DNA from: an uncultured virus (IMG/VR IMGVR_UViG_2695420571_000019)
Lineage: Duplodnaviria > Heunggongvirae > Uroviricota > Caudoviricetes
Reading direction: 5' to 3' (one strand)
IMG/VR virus record: IMGVR_UViG_2695420571_000019
Length of the DNA: 64,000 nt
Shown: positions 17,547-27,758 of the stretch, piece by piece
How positions within the stretch are numbered: position 1 is the first letter of the stretch
Layout: every line of letters starts with the position of its first letter
The notes under the pieces: generated by a model
Seen by the model: only the letters and a program-made list of their open reading frames with translations
What the model was told of the DNA's origin: nothing
Database searches by the model: none
Program-made: the position numbers and the translations under genes

Positions 17547-19793
17547 ATGGAAGGCTTACGGTTAAACTTGAACGCGCTTAAGCCGGCGGCACCGAAAACG
17601 GAGGCGGTCCAGGCGACGGCCAAGCGGAAGGCGAAAGCCAAGACCGCCGAGCCGATCGAGGAAAGCTGGCGCAAGATATTCGCGATGAAGCTATCGGATG
17701 CCGACCGCAAACGGCTAACCGAAGTCAAGGCGGCCATGGATGCGGGCAAGTTAGCGCGAGATCCGGCTGACTGCGTTAATAAGGCCGGCAATCCTAAAGC
17801 GTTCAGCAAGGCGGAGGCGCTCCGGCTATGGAAGACGCTACAGGAAGCCCAGCGCGAAGAAACCTTGCGGCAGATGGTCGAGAACACGCCGGATAATTAT
17901 TGGCTGATAACGGACGCCGAACGTTTCAATGAATTCCTGGCGTTGCTGGATAACGAAGAAGAAATCGTATTTGACGTAGAGACGACGGGTACAGACGTAT
18001 GGAACGACTATATTGTTGGCCATGTAATTACGGCCATTAAAGCGGACGTACATGCGTATATACCAACGAAGCATAAAACGGATCATCCTCAATTAGACAA
18101 CGAATATGTGCTCGAAAAGTTGCGTCCGTACTATGAAGAAGAATCGATCGGTAAGCTCGCCCATAACGCCAAGTTCGATATACACATGCTGGACCGCGAA
18201 GGTATTAAGCTGCGCGGACTAACGTGGGATACACAGGAAGCTATGCGGTTGCTTAACGAAAATGAGCCGTCCTTTGCGCTGAAGAATCTCGTTACTAAGT
18301 ACCTGCGGATTAAATCGGATACCTACGGAGACTTATTCGGAAAGATCGGCTTTGACGAAATCAGCGACTTGAAAATTGCGCTTGCCTATGCTGCAAAAGA
18401 CGGTGATGTTACGCGTAAACTTCGAGATTTCCAACGTTATCAGCTTACGAAATTCCCGGAGATCCTTCGTTATTATGAAACGATAGAAGTTCCATTGATT
18501 AGTGTCGTGCAGAAACTGGAGTCGACCGGATTCGATATCGACTTAGATTTCGCGAAGGAATACGGTAAGGAAATCAAAGCGGAGATTGACCGTTTATATG
18601 AGGAGATTATCGACGAGTTAGGCGATATTAACATTAACTCGCCGGCGCAGCTTAAGCCAGCGTTAGAGGAAGCGACGGGGGAAAAACTAGCATCAACTGA
18701 TGCGAAGAAAGTGTTGAAACCACTCGCGAAAAAGTATCCGATTATCAAGAAGCTTCTCGAATATAAAGAACTATTCAAACTCTATTCAACGTACATCAAC
18801 GCTTTACCGGAATTGATTGACCGCAAGACCGGAAAGCTTTACACGAACTTTAATCAAAACGGCGCAAAAACTGGACGCTTTTCATCCGGAGGTACCGGCG
18901 TTAACCTTCAGAATCAGCCGAAGGAAGCGCGTAAGTTATTCGTTGCTCCTAAAGGTTACGTGATACTTGGCGGAGACTGGAGCCAGCAAGAATACCGGTG
19001 CCTGGCGTACTTTACACAAGATCCGAAGCTAGTCGATAATTACTTGCAAGGAAACGACTTATACGCGTCGATTGCTTCCGAGGTTTTTAACAAGCCGATA
19101 GAAGAGTGCGGAGACGGATCGGTATATCGCAAACAAGCAAAAGTTATCATGCTCGCGGTTGCTTACGGTGGTGGCGCTAACATGCTTAAAGATGCGATCG
19201 GAATTACGAAGCAGGAAGCGCAAAAGTTCCTCGATAACTTCTTCGAAAGGTTTCCGGTGGTTAAGAAGTGGGTCGAATCGAATCAAGCTTTCGTTAAAAA
19301 ACACGGCTACGTATGGATGGATCACTGCCAGCGAAAGAGACGTTTGCCGGACGCAAAGGATCGGAATGCCAAAGGGCACTATTCGGCTGTGTATACGCAG
19401 TCAACAAACGCTAGAGTTCAGGGGTCAGCAGCCATTCAGACTAAAGCGACAATGATTGCGCTGCAAGAGTTGTGTGATAGGAAGACGGCTGAAGGCCGTG
19501 GTATATGGCGGCCGTGGTGCGTAGTGCATGACGAAGACCTGTTGTTAGTTCCGGAAACAATTACGAGAGAAGACGTAAAAGCTTTCGAAGACGTTATGGT
19601 AAATACATACGTTTTCGGAAATATCCCGAATAAAACTGATATTGAGATCAGTCGCAGATGGGGCGAAGGGATGAAAGTAACCGAATTTTTCACTGGCGAA
19701 GTCAAACGCGATGATTACCCTAAAGAGGCTGATTACGAAAAACAAAAACGGATTGTTAGCGAAGGCTGGCAAGGAAAAACGGAGGCGGTTTAA
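17547..19793 (+). CDS. polA: family A DNA polymerase with 3'-5' exonuclease domain
   Basis: DVETTG, HNAKFD, TGRFSS, DWSQQEYR, KVIMLAVAYG, VQGSAA, VHDE. Confidence 0.93.
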   Translation: MEGLRLNLNALKPAAPKTEAVQATAKRKAKAKTAEPIEESWRKIFAMKLSDADRKRLTEVKAAMDAGKLARDPADCVNKAGNPKAFSKAEALRLWKTLQEAQREETLRQMVENTPDNYWLITDAERFNEFLALLDNEEEIVFDVETTGTDVWNDYIVGHVITAIKADVHAYIPTKHKTDHPQLDNEYVLEKLRPYYEEESIGKLAHNAKFDIHMLDREGIKLRGLTWDTQEAMRLLNENEPSFALKNLVTKYLRIKSDTYGDLFGKIGFDEISDLKIALAYAAKDGDVTRKLRDFQRYQLTKFPEILRYYETIEVPLISVVQKLESTGFDIDLDFAKEYGKEIKAEIDRLYEEIIDELGDININSPAQLKPALEEATGEKLASTDAKKVLKPLAKKYPIIKKLLEYKELFKLYSTYINALPELIDRKTGKLYTNFNQNGAKTGRFSSGGTGVNLQNQPKEARKLFVAPKGYVILGGDWSQQEYRCLAYFTQDPKLVDNYLQGNDLYASIASEVFNKPIEECGDGSVYRKQAKVIMLAVAYGGGANMLKDAIGITKQEAQKFLDNFFERFPVVKKWVESNQAFVKKHGYVWMDHCQRKRRLPDAKDRNAKGHYSAVYTQSTNARVQGSAAIQTKATMIALQELCDRKTAEGRGIWRPWCVVHDEDLLLVPETITREDVKAFEDVMVNTYVFGNIPNKTDIEISRRWGEGMKVTEFFTGEVKRDDYPKEADYEKQKRIVSEGWQGKTEAV

Positions 19794-19794
19794 T

Positions 19795-20499
19795 ATGGCG
19801 AAAACTTACGTTGTACTCGACTTAGAAACGACAGGACTCGATTATAAGTCCGAACAAATTACGGAAATTGGTGCGATTAAGATTGACGAAGGTTTTAACG
19901 AAATTGATCGCTTTCATACGATGGTTGCGTTAGAGGAAGGGCGCGAGCTGCCGGAATTCATTACAAAACTAACCGGCATCACAGCGGCCGATCTCGAAGG
20001 GGCGCCGACTGAAACCGAAGCGCTCGAAAAGCTGAACGAATTTATCAGTGACTCAATCGTAGTTGCGCAAAACGCTCCGTTCGATCTGTCGTTTATCAGT
20101 CGAGGCCGAATCGAGCCTGAACGGTTCTATTGTACACGAGCTATGGCGCGTTTTGTGGAGCCGGAATTGTCTTCGAGCCTTAAGGACGTTGCTAAACGCA
20201 ATGGTATTTCGCTTGAAGGACATCACCGAGCGCTTAACGACGTAGAGGCGACGATCGAAGTCTTTAAGCGCTACCTACCGCATGTAAGGTCGCAATATAA
20301 CGAGTTCGAAAACATCGTTCAAGACTCCGCAGACCGTCCATTGAAGTTTAAGCCAAAGAACGCTATTGTCCGCACAGTTCATATGGTCGCGTTGGATAAT
20401 GCGGACTTAATTCGTTTGGTTAGAGCTTTTCCGGAAGATCACGATATGTTTACCAAGCTGGGTAGTATTATCGGCCGTACGATGAAAGGACGTGATTAA
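19795..20499 (+). CDS. DnaQ/DEDDh 3'-5' exonuclease
   Basis: DLETTG, AQNAPFD, HRALNDV. Confidence 0.9.
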   Translation: MAKTYVVLDLETTGLDYKSEQITEIGAIKIDEGFNEIDRFHTMVALEEGRELPEFITKLTGITAADLEGAPTETEALEKLNEFISDSIVVAQNAPFDLSFISRGRIEPERFYCTRAMARFVEPELSSSLKDVAKRNGISLEGHHRALNDVEATIEVFKRYLPHVRSQYNEFENIVQDSADRPLKFKPKNAIVRTVHMVALDNADLIRLVRAFPEDHDMFTKLGSIIGRTMKGRD

Positions 20500-21561
20500 T
20501 TGACGAACCCAAACGCACGATCAGCCGCAAATTCACTGCGCGCCCAATTAGCGCCGGCGCCGTCCGAGCCGACCACATACGCGCAGCAGATTGCGGATGA
20601 ACTCATCGAATATTTAAACGAATGGCACTCGCTGCCCGAAACGTGGGATAACGATTTAGACGCGCGGATACACCGATGGTACGCAGATGCTCCGAAAGTA
20701 TTTCCGAAGAAGCCGTATTTTTCGCCGTCATCTGCAAACGCATGTCCGCGCGAGCTCTACCACAAAGCGATCGGATCACCGAAAGACGAAACGCGAAAGC
20801 CTCCGTATCAAGGACGATGGACGCGCATCGGAACGGCGATTGGCGATATGATCCAGCGTGATTTGCTCTTTATGGAAAAACACTTCGAAAAGAAAACCGG
20901 CCGGCCCTGCCCGTTCAGCTTCGAACGCAACGAAGACGGTACGCCGGTGTTCGAGGACTTCGCCAAGCGGAACCATAAGATCGAGCACGCCGGCAAGACG
21001 TTTCATCTGTATGGAACATGCGACGGCATCATGCGCTATGTCACCGAGGATGGCGAAGTATTGCGCGTAGGCCTCGAAATCAAATCGAAGCAAACGAGCG
21101 CAGCCCGTACGTCTTTCTATTCGCTGAAGAAGCCGGATGAAAAGCACGTTAAGCAGTGCGTCGCTTATGCGGAGATGTATGGCGTCGACTTATACGTAAT
21201 CCTCTACGTAAACGCATCGAAGAAGGCGTGGGAGTACGAAGAAGGCGAATTCGAAAAGTCGCCGGACATCCGGGCGTTCGGCCTCGAAATCGGACGCGAA
21301 GAAATCGACGTGCTGCTCGATAGATTCGTAGAAATTCAGAATTCGATTGACGACGGCAAGCCGATGGCGGTAGACCTTAACGGCTGGACATTCAACGGAT
21401 ACAAAACGGCTATTGCGCAATCGCTTACGGCGGCCGAACTGGAAGCCATTCGTGATAAGGTTTCGCGAGTCAAGCGGTCGAACGTCTTTGATTCCACGAA
21501 AAGGCAGTACGCCGGGGCCCTTGAGTTTATCGAAAAAGTACGCAAAGGGGAGGCGGTTTGA
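20500..21561 (+). CDS. PD-(D/E)XK (Cas4/RecB-like) exonuclease
   Basis: 'SPSSANACPR', 'GTCDG', 'LEIKS', 'QCVAY'. Confidence 0.75.
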   Translation: MTNPNARSAANSLRAQLAPAPSEPTTYAQQIADELIEYLNEWHSLPETWDNDLDARIHRWYADAPKVFPKKPYFSPSSANACPRELYHKAIGSPKDETRKPPYQGRWTRIGTAIGDMIQRDLLFMEKHFEKKTGRPCPFSFERNEDGTPVFEDFAKRNHKIEHAGKTFHLYGTCDGIMRYVTEDGEVLRVGLEIKSKQTSAARTSFYSLKKPDEKHVKQCVAYAEMYGVDLYVILYVNASKKAWEYEEGEFEKSPDIRAFGLEIGREEIDVLLDRFVEIQNSIDDGKPMAVDLNGWTFNGYKTAIAQSLTAAELEAIRDKVSRVKRSNVFDSTKRQYAGALEFIEKVRKGEAV

Positions 21562-21719
21562 TGACCTTCTTAGCTTATCGCCAAATTATCTTGGACTACG
21601 AAATGCATGTCATCTATCGAACTAGGAGCGGGCTAATTGACAACGAAAAATCAACACGCCTTCTCGATAAATTAGACGAATGGAATAAAACCGGGTGTGA
21701 GGTTCTTTCGTATGATTAG
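21561..21719 (+). CDS. hypothetical protein (52 aa, not in ORF track)
   Basis: TGATG coupling; fills the gap before the RuvC-like gene. Confidence 0.5.
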   Translation: MTFLAYRQIILDYEMHVIYRTRSGLIDNEKSTRLLDKLDEWNKTGCEVLSYD

Positions 21720-22245
21720 CGCCAAGCCTATCCGCATCCTAGCGTTAGACATATCGACTAATCCCGGCTTCGCGGTCCTCGAAGTCAAACGGCTGAAGTC
21801 AGGTCCGCGCGTGAATCTCGTACACGTAACGTCTGTCAGCACGACGAGCCAGTCGCCGGACAGTCACCGGTATTCCTATATCGAGGCAGCGGCAACGATG
21901 GTTCTGCACGAACATGGACCGTTCGACGTTGTTGTCCGGGAGCATTACACGAAAGGGCGCAATAGGCGATCGACCCAAACGGTGTTTGGTGCGTGGGCCG
22001 TCATCGACTTAGCGCTTGGTAAATACGGCTATAAGGCGGATGTGGAGATCACGCCGACAACGGTTAAAAAGGACGTAACCGGAAAAGGTAGCGCATCAAA
22101 AGACGAAGTAGAGGCGGGAGTACGGCGGATACTTTCGCTCCCAGCCGACTTTACATTTCGGACAGATGACGAATCGGATGCGGTGGCGATTGGGCTTTCG
22201 TATCTTGTTCGCGAGAAGATTATAAAACCGGAGGAGGGCGAATAA
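21712..22245 (+). CDS. ruvC: RuvC-like Holliday junction resolvase
   Basis: 'ILALDIS', 'VVREH', 'KKDVTGKGSASKDEV', 'DESDAVAI'. Confidence 0.85.
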   Translation: MISAKPIRILALDISTNPGFAVLEVKRLKSGPRVNLVHVTSVSTTSQSPDSHRYSYIEAAATMVLHEHGPFDVVVREHYTKGRNRRSTQTVFGAWAVIDLALGKYGYKADVEITPTTVKKDVTGKGSASKDEVEAGVRRILSLPADFTFRTDDESDAVAIGLSYLVREKIIKPEEGE

Positions 22246-22443
22246 ATGGATCAAGAATATTTTTTAATCGCAGGGAAAACGGAGGGGTTTAGTTATGCGG
22301 ATGCTAAAGTTCTTCGCTGCCGCTCCGAAATCGATGCGGAGAGCCTTGTTAACTCACTTAGACACAAGGGCTATTCGATCTTTTACGTCACTAAAACCGT
22401 CTATCGAATCGATGATAACGCGACTATCGGGGAGGCGAAATAA
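22246..22443 (+). CDS. hypothetical protein
   Basis: GGAGG RBS, coupled. Confidence 0.6.
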   Translation: MDQEYFLIAGKTEGFSYADAKVLRCRSEIDAESLVNSLRHKGYSIFYVTKTVYRIDDNATIGEAK

Positions 22444-22805
22444 TGGACCGCATAATAAAGTGGGGGACGATCGCAGTAATCGCATTGTTCGTATTTGTTT
22501 TCGTGGTAGCGGCGCCGGCATACACGATTGCGTCTTACCATAACGAAAACACTTACGTAATAAAGGTAACGGATAAAGAAACGAAAACGTCTGACGATTC
22601 CTCGAAGTATCTGATTTTCGGAGATGACGAGAAAGGTAACGCAAAAGTGTTCGAAAATACCGACGCAATATTTGCGCGGAAGTTTAATTCCAGCGATCTG
22701 TACGCGGAGATCGAAATCGGTAAGACGTACGAATTCAAGACGGTCGGCTTCCGGATTCCATTTATGTCGAGCTACGAAAACATAATGACGGTAAAGGAGA
22801 AGTGA
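22443..22805 (+). CDS. membrane-anchored/secreted phage protein
   Basis: N-terminal TM segment; 'VFENTD...KFNSSD...GFRIPF'. Confidence 0.7.
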   Translation: MDRIIKWGTIAVIALFVFVFVVAAPAYTIASYHNENTYVIKVTDKETKTSDDSSKYLIFGDDEKGNAKVFENTDAIFARKFNSSDLYAEIEIGKTYEFKTVGFRIPFMSSYENIMTVKEK

Positions 22806-22809
22806 TCGG

Positions 22810-23055
22810 ATGTTTAAGCGGAGATTATACGAAACGCTTTCGTGGATACTTACGGGCGCAATGTTCTTTCTGTTGATTAGATTTCTGGTATGGGCGATAG
22901 CATCTCCCGTAGCAAAAGCGATCTTCGCGATTGCACTCGTATTCGGCCTGCTTTTCGTCGGGCTTTACGGAATCGTCCGGTTTATCTTATGGCTGATCGT
23001 CGAACCCTACCGCGCGTATAAACGCGAGCGCGAAACGGAGGGAACGGCCGAATGA
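22810..23055 (+). CDS. two-TM membrane protein
   Basis: Two hydrophobic segments. Confidence 0.65.
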   Translation: MFKRRLYETLSWILTGAMFFLLIRFLVWAIASPVAKAIFAIALVFGLLFVGLYGIVRFILWLIVEPYRAYKRERETEGTAE

Positions 23056-23237
23056 TTCACGGAGCAACTGACGAAGGTTTGCGTAATATGAGACGCTGGC
23101 TTAACGAAAAACTGATCGAAAGTGATACCGCCATCAGCTTCCACGACCGGAAACTGATCGAGGAGCGTATCGAGCGAGAACGGACACAGGCGCGGCTGGA
23201 CGAAGTGGAGGCTGAAATTGAGAGACGGAAGGGGTGA
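23052..23237 (+). CDS. hypothetical coiled-coil protein
   Basis: Coupled, GGAGG RBS. Confidence 0.6.
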   Translation: MIHGATDEGLRNMRRWLNEKLIESDTAISFHDRKLIEERIERERTQARLDEVEAEIERRKG

Positions 23238-23241
23238 GCGT

Positions 23242-23595
23242 ATGCTAATCGCCTATTACTCGCTGACCGGAAACGTCCGCAGATTTGTCGCTAAGACCGG
23301 CCTAGCAACCGTCGAAATTAAGCCGGGCCTGATGCTCGCCGAACCGTTCGTTTGCGTGACTGGGACGTACGGCTTCGGTCAGGTGGCGCGGCCGGTTGCG
23401 GATTTCCTTGCGGCTAATAGCGCGTACTTGGCGGGCGTGGCTGCGTCGGGCAATCGCAATTGGGGCGGTAATTACGCAAAGGCGGCGGATATAATTGCGG
23501 CGCAATATGGCGTGCCGATAGTCGGACGCTTTGAATTGGTGGGCACGGACGCAGATGTACGACATTTTATCGAAAGGGTGAATGCGCTTGGGTAA
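23242..23595 (+). CDS. nrdI: class Ib RNR flavodoxin NrdI
   Basis: 'YYSLTGNVRRF', 'GVAASGNRNWG'. Confidence 0.9.
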   Translation: MLIAYYSLTGNVRRFVAKTGLATVEIKPGLMLAEPFVCVTGTYGFGQVARPVADFLAANSAYLAGVAASGNRNWGGNYAKAADIIAAQYGVPIVGRFELVGTDADVRHFIERVNALG

Positions 23596-24355
23596 AGAGA
23601 TGATCGGAGAACTAGAATTAAATCGGATATATCAGCGTGATTGTATTGAAGGGATGCGGTTAATACCGGATAAGTCGATCGATATGATCCTTTGCGATTT
23701 ACCTTACGGCACAACGCGCAATAAGTGGGATACCGTTATACCTTTCGAACCTTTGTGGGAGCAGTATGAGAGAGTAATTAAGGATAACGGAGCTATCGTT
23801 TTAACCGCGGCACAGCCATTCAGTTCATCACTTGTGATGAGTAACCCAAAGCTTTTTAAATACGAATGGATATGGAAAAAGAGCAACGCGACCGGCCATT
23901 TAAATGCTAAGAGAATGCCCATGAGAGAGCATGAAAGTATCATGGTTTTTTATAAGAAGCAGCCAACATATTTCCCTCAAGGTCTATATCCGTTTAACAA
24001 GATTACCAAGAGAGGGAAAAATGGAAGCAACTATAACCAATCCTCGACTGAGAATTTTCAGGAATATACAAATTATCCAAGGACCATTCAAGAGTTTCCA
24101 TACGATAAAGAAAAATATCATCCGACTCAAAAGCCTGTTGCGTTGTTTGAGTATCTTATAAAAACCTATACAAAAGAGAGTGAGAAAATTCTCGATAACT
24201 GCATAGGTTCGGGTACAACCGCTGTCGCAGCGTCACAATTAAACCGTAATTTTATAGGCTTTGAGATTGAACCAGAATATGTACAAATCGCGAATCAGCG
24301 TTTAGAAGCTATCGAACGCGGATCATCACTAAAGGAGGACGCCAATGACGAATAA
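23582..24355 (+). CDS. N4-C/N6-A DNA methyltransferase (beta class), orphan
   Basis: 'DLPY', 'HPTQKP', 'LDNCIGSGTT'. Confidence 0.9.
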   Translation: MRLGKEMIGELELNRIYQRDCIEGMRLIPDKSIDMILCDLPYGTTRNKWDTVIPFEPLWEQYERVIKDNGAIVLTAAQPFSSSLVMSNPKLFKYEWIWKKSNATGHLNAKRMPMREHESIMVFYKKQPTYFPQGLYPFNKITKRGKNGSNYNQSSTENFQEYTNYPRTIQEFPYDKEKYHPTQKPVALFEYLIKTYTKESEKILDNCIGSGTTAVAASQLNRNFIGFEIEPEYVQIANQRLEAIERGSSLKEDANDE

Positions 24356-26444
24356 ACACGCAAGTTATATCGAACTTAATAACGAAATTATGCTACAGAA
24401 GGACGGCCGATTCCAATTCGAAAAGGATCTCGAAGCCGTCCGCGCTTATTTTATTGACTACGTAAATCAAAACACCGTATTTTTCCACGACCTTCGCGAA
24501 AAGCTCGACTATCTACGCGATAACGATTATTACGAAACCGAATTCCTGGACGCCTATACGTTCGAGGAAATCAAGGCGGTCTATAAAGCGGCCTATGCGC
24601 ACAAATTCCGATTCCCTTCGTTTATGAGCGCGTTCAAATTCTATAACGACTATGCGTTGAAGACGAACGACGGCAAAAAGATTCTCGAACGCTACGAAGA
24701 CCGGGTCGCTTGCTGTGCGTTATTCTTTGCGGAAGGCGACGCAGCCAAAGCGATCGAGTACGTCGATTTAATGATGCGCCAGGAATATCAGCCGTCAACG
24801 CCGACGTTCTTGAATGCGGGCCGTAAACGCCGCGGCGAATTAGTTTCGTGTTTCCTGCTCGAAGTGGGTGACTCATTGAATGACATCGAAAGAGCCGTTG
24901 GAATCTCGATGCAGCTTTCGAAAGTAGGCGGAGGCGTGTCGTTGAATTTATCTAAGATTCGCGCAAAGGGTGAATCGATTAAGGACATCGAGAATGTAAC
25001 GAAAGGCGTCGTCGGAGTTATGAAGCTCCTCGATAATGCATTCCGGTATGCGGATCAACAGGGTGCAAGAAGTGGCGCGGGCGCAGCGTATCTTAACGTA
25101 TTCCATGCGGATATTAACGATTTCTTAGATACCAAAAAAATCTCAGCTGATGAAGACGTACGCGTCAAAACGTTATCCATCGGCGTTGTCATTCCGGATA
25201 AATTCATCGAGTTAGCGCGAGAAGATCGGCCGGCTTACGTATTTTATCCGCACACCGTCTATAAAGCGTATGGCCAACACCTAGACGAAATGGATATCGG
25301 CCATATGTACGATAAGCTCGTCGACAATCCGGCGGTCCGTAAAGAAAAGATCAACCCGCGGAAATTACTCGAAAAGATCGCCATGTTGCGCTTCGAATCG
25401 GGATATCCGTACATCATGTTCGGAGGTAACGTTAACGCCCAGCACGCGAACAATCATATTTCGAAGGTTAAGTTTTCGAACCTCTGTAGCGAAGTTCTTC
25501 AGGCGTCACAAGTATCGGAGTACACCGACTACGGCGAACCGGACGAAATCGGTCTCGATATTTCGTGCAACCTCGGATCACTCAACGTTGCAAACGTAAT
25601 GAAAAATGGCGACTTCGAATCTATCGTCAAGCTATCCGTTGATGCTCTAACGCGAGTCTCGGAAACTTCGAATATCAAGAACGCGCCAGCCGTCGCAAGA
25701 GCTAACCGCGAGATGCGTTCGATCGGACTCGGCGCGATGAATCTGCACGGTTATTTAGCGCAAAACGGTATCGCATATGAATCGGAGGAAGCGCGGGATT
25801 TCGCTAACGTATTCTTCGCGCTGGTGAATTATTGGTCGCTTGTGCGGTCGATGGAGATTGCAAAAGAAACCGGCAGCACGTACGAGGGGTACGAGGGATC
25901 GACGTATGCAGATGGTAGCTACTTCGATAAATACGTCGCAGGAGATTTCCGCCCTAAAACGGAGAAGGTTGCGCGTCTATTTGAAGGCGTTGAAATTCCG
26001 AAGCGCATCGATTGGGCTCGGCTGGAAGACAGCGTACGCAAATACGGACTTTACCATTCGTACAGACTTGCGATTGCGCCAACGGGATCTATTTCGTATG
26101 TGCAGTCGGCTACGGCTTCGGTCATGCCGATCATGGAGCGCATCGAAGAGCGTACGTATGGCAATTCGAAGACGTATTATCCGATGCCGGGGTTATCGCC
26201 GCAGAATTGGTTCTTCTACAAGGAAGCGTACGACATGGATATGTTTAAAGTCGTCGATATGATCGCAACGATTCAGCAGCACGTCGACCAAGGCATCTCA
26301 TTTACGCTGTTCTTGAAAGATACGATGACGACGCGCGATCTGAACCGGATTGATTTATACGCTCATCATAAGGGGATTAAAACGCTGTATTATGCGCGAA
26401 CAAAGGATACAGGCCAAGATTCGTGCTTGAGTTGCGTAGTTTAA
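24345..26444 (+). CDS. nrdE: ribonucleotide reductase class Ib alpha subunit
   Basis: 'PSTPTF', 'VSCFL', 'SNLCSE', 'APTGSIS', C-terminal CxxC. Confidence 0.95.
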   Translation: MTNKHASYIELNNEIMLQKDGRFQFEKDLEAVRAYFIDYVNQNTVFFHDLREKLDYLRDNDYYETEFLDAYTFEEIKAVYKAAYAHKFRFPSFMSAFKFYNDYALKTNDGKKILERYEDRVACCALFFAEGDAAKAIEYVDLMMRQEYQPSTPTFLNAGRKRRGELVSCFLLEVGDSLNDIERAVGISMQLSKVGGGVSLNLSKIRAKGESIKDIENVTKGVVGVMKLLDNAFRYADQQGARSGAGAAYLNVFHADINDFLDTKKISADEDVRVKTLSIGVVIPDKFIELAREDRPAYVFYPHTVYKAYGQHLDEMDIGHMYDKLVDNPAVRKEKINPRKLLEKIAMLRFESGYPYIMFGGNVNAQHANNHISKVKFSNLCSEVLQASQVSEYTDYGEPDEIGLDISCNLGSLNVANVMKNGDFESIVKLSVDALTRVSETSNIKNAPAVARANREMRSIGLGAMNLHGYLAQNGIAYESEEARDFANVFFALVNYWSLVRSMEIAKETGSTYEGYEGSTYADGSYFDKYVAGDFRPKTEKVARLFEGVEIPKRIDWARLEDSVRKYGLYHSYRLAIAPTGSISYVQSATASVMPIMERIEERTYGNSKTYYPMPGLSPQNWFFYKEAYDMDMFKVVDMIATIQQHVDQGISFTLFLKDTMTTRDLNRIDLYAHHKGIKTLYYARTKDTGQDSCLSCVV

Positions 26445-26463
26445 ACGAAGGGGAGTGCGGTGT

Positions 26464-26622
26464 ATGTTTAATTTTCCGATAATCAAACGCCTAAAGCAAG
26501 CGCTCTGTCAGCATAACTACTTTCCAGTTGCTATTGCGAAAATGGAAAACGAAGATTCTAACTTACTTTACGAGTGCAAGAACTGCGGACATATGCAGAT
26601 ACCGAGGAGGACGAATAATTGA
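26464..26622 (+). CDS. small zinc-binding protein (52 aa, not in ORF track)
   Basis: CQH...CKNCG between nrdE and nrdF. Confidence 0.55.
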   Translation: MFNFPIIKRLKQALCQHNYFPVAIAKMENEDSNLLYECKNCGHMQIPRRTNN

Positions 26623-27602
26623 CGAATTCAAACGCAATCCACACGGCGGCCGATTGGTCGCGCCACGAAGACGACTTTACGCAAATGTTCTACGCGCAGA
26701 ACGTTAAGCAATTCTGGCTTCCGGAAGAGATTTCGCTAAACGGCGACCTCTTAACGTGGAAGTCACTGAGCCCGACCGAACAAGCGACCTATATGCGCGT
26801 ACTAGCCGGCCTGACGCTCTTGGACACCGAACAAGGCAACGTAGGCATGCCGACCATCGCGCAACATATCGACGGACACCAACGCAAAGCCGTCCTTAAT
26901 TTCATGGCGATGATGGAGAACGCTGTCCATGCGAAATCCTATTCGAATATTTTCATGACGCTCGCGCCTACCGAAACAATTAACGAAGTTTTCGACTGGG
27001 TTAAGGAAAACCCGTACTTGCAGCGGAAGGCGGCGCGGATCGTCGGCCTGTACAACGCGATTGATCCGGGCGATGATGTTTCGCTGTATAAGGCGCTGGT
27101 CGCTTCGGTGTATCTCGAAAGCTTTTTGTTCTACAGCGGCTTTTACTATCCGTTGTACTTTTACGGACAAGGGCGTCTAATGCAATCCGGTGAAATTATT
27201 AACTTAATTATTCGAGATGAAGCGATTCACGGTGTTTATACCGGCTTGCTCGCGCAGGAAGTATATAACCGTCAAGCTCATAGCGTGCAGTCAGAGTTGC
27301 GCGACTTTGCCGTCGATCTACTGACGGAGCTATACGATAATGAGGTTAAATATACCGAAGACCTTTACGATGATCTCGGATTGACTCACGATGTTAAAAA
27401 GTTCTTACAATATAACGCGAACAAAGCGTTGCAAAACCTTGCCTTCGATCCGTATTTCGAAGATGAAACGCCGAATCCGATCGTGATGAACGGACTTAGT
27501 ACGAAGACCAAGTCGCACGACTTCTTTTCGATGAAAGGCGTGGGGTATAAGAAAGCGACGGTCGAGGCGCTTAAAGATTCGGATTTTTATTTCGGGGAAT
27601 AA
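26619..27602 (+). CDS. nrdF: ribonucleotide reductase class Ib beta subunit
   Basis: 'FWLPEE', 'ENAVHAKSY', 'RDEAIHG', 'HDFFS'. Confidence 0.95.
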   Translation: MTNSNAIHTAADWSRHEDDFTQMFYAQNVKQFWLPEEISLNGDLLTWKSLSPTEQATYMRVLAGLTLLDTEQGNVGMPTIAQHIDGHQRKAVLNFMAMMENAVHAKSYSNIFMTLAPTETINEVFDWVKENPYLQRKAARIVGLYNAIDPGDDVSLYKALVASVYLESFLFYSGFYYPLYFYGQGRLMQSGEIINLIIRDEAIHGVYTGLLAQEVYNRQAHSVQSELRDFAVDLLTELYDNEVKYTEDLYDDLGLTHDVKKFLQYNANKALQNLAFDPYFEDETPNPIVMNGLSTKTKSHDFFSMKGVGYKKATVEALKDSDFYFGE

Positions 27603-27649
27603 GCGTCCAGGCTACGAACTTTATACGCATCTATTTATGAGGAAAACGT

Positions 27650-27737
27650 GCCAATCCGATACCTAACCTCGCAGTTATATATGAGGACGGAAAAATGTGT
27701 CCGATTTGGCGGCTGACCTTGCAGTTATATATGAGGA
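27650..27737 (+). promoter_or_regulatory. tandem phage-specific promoter-like motifs before dut/thyX
   Basis: GCAGTTATATATGAGGAC occurs twice, preceded by GCCAATCCG and GTGTCCGATTTGG respectively. Confidence 0.65.
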
Positions 27738-27758
27738 CATTACGAAGGAGGAAACGAA

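Noticed and set aside
24345..27602. Possible introns or inteins in nrdE/nrdF, as in SPbeta
   Set aside because: Both ORFs are uninterrupted and of normal length.
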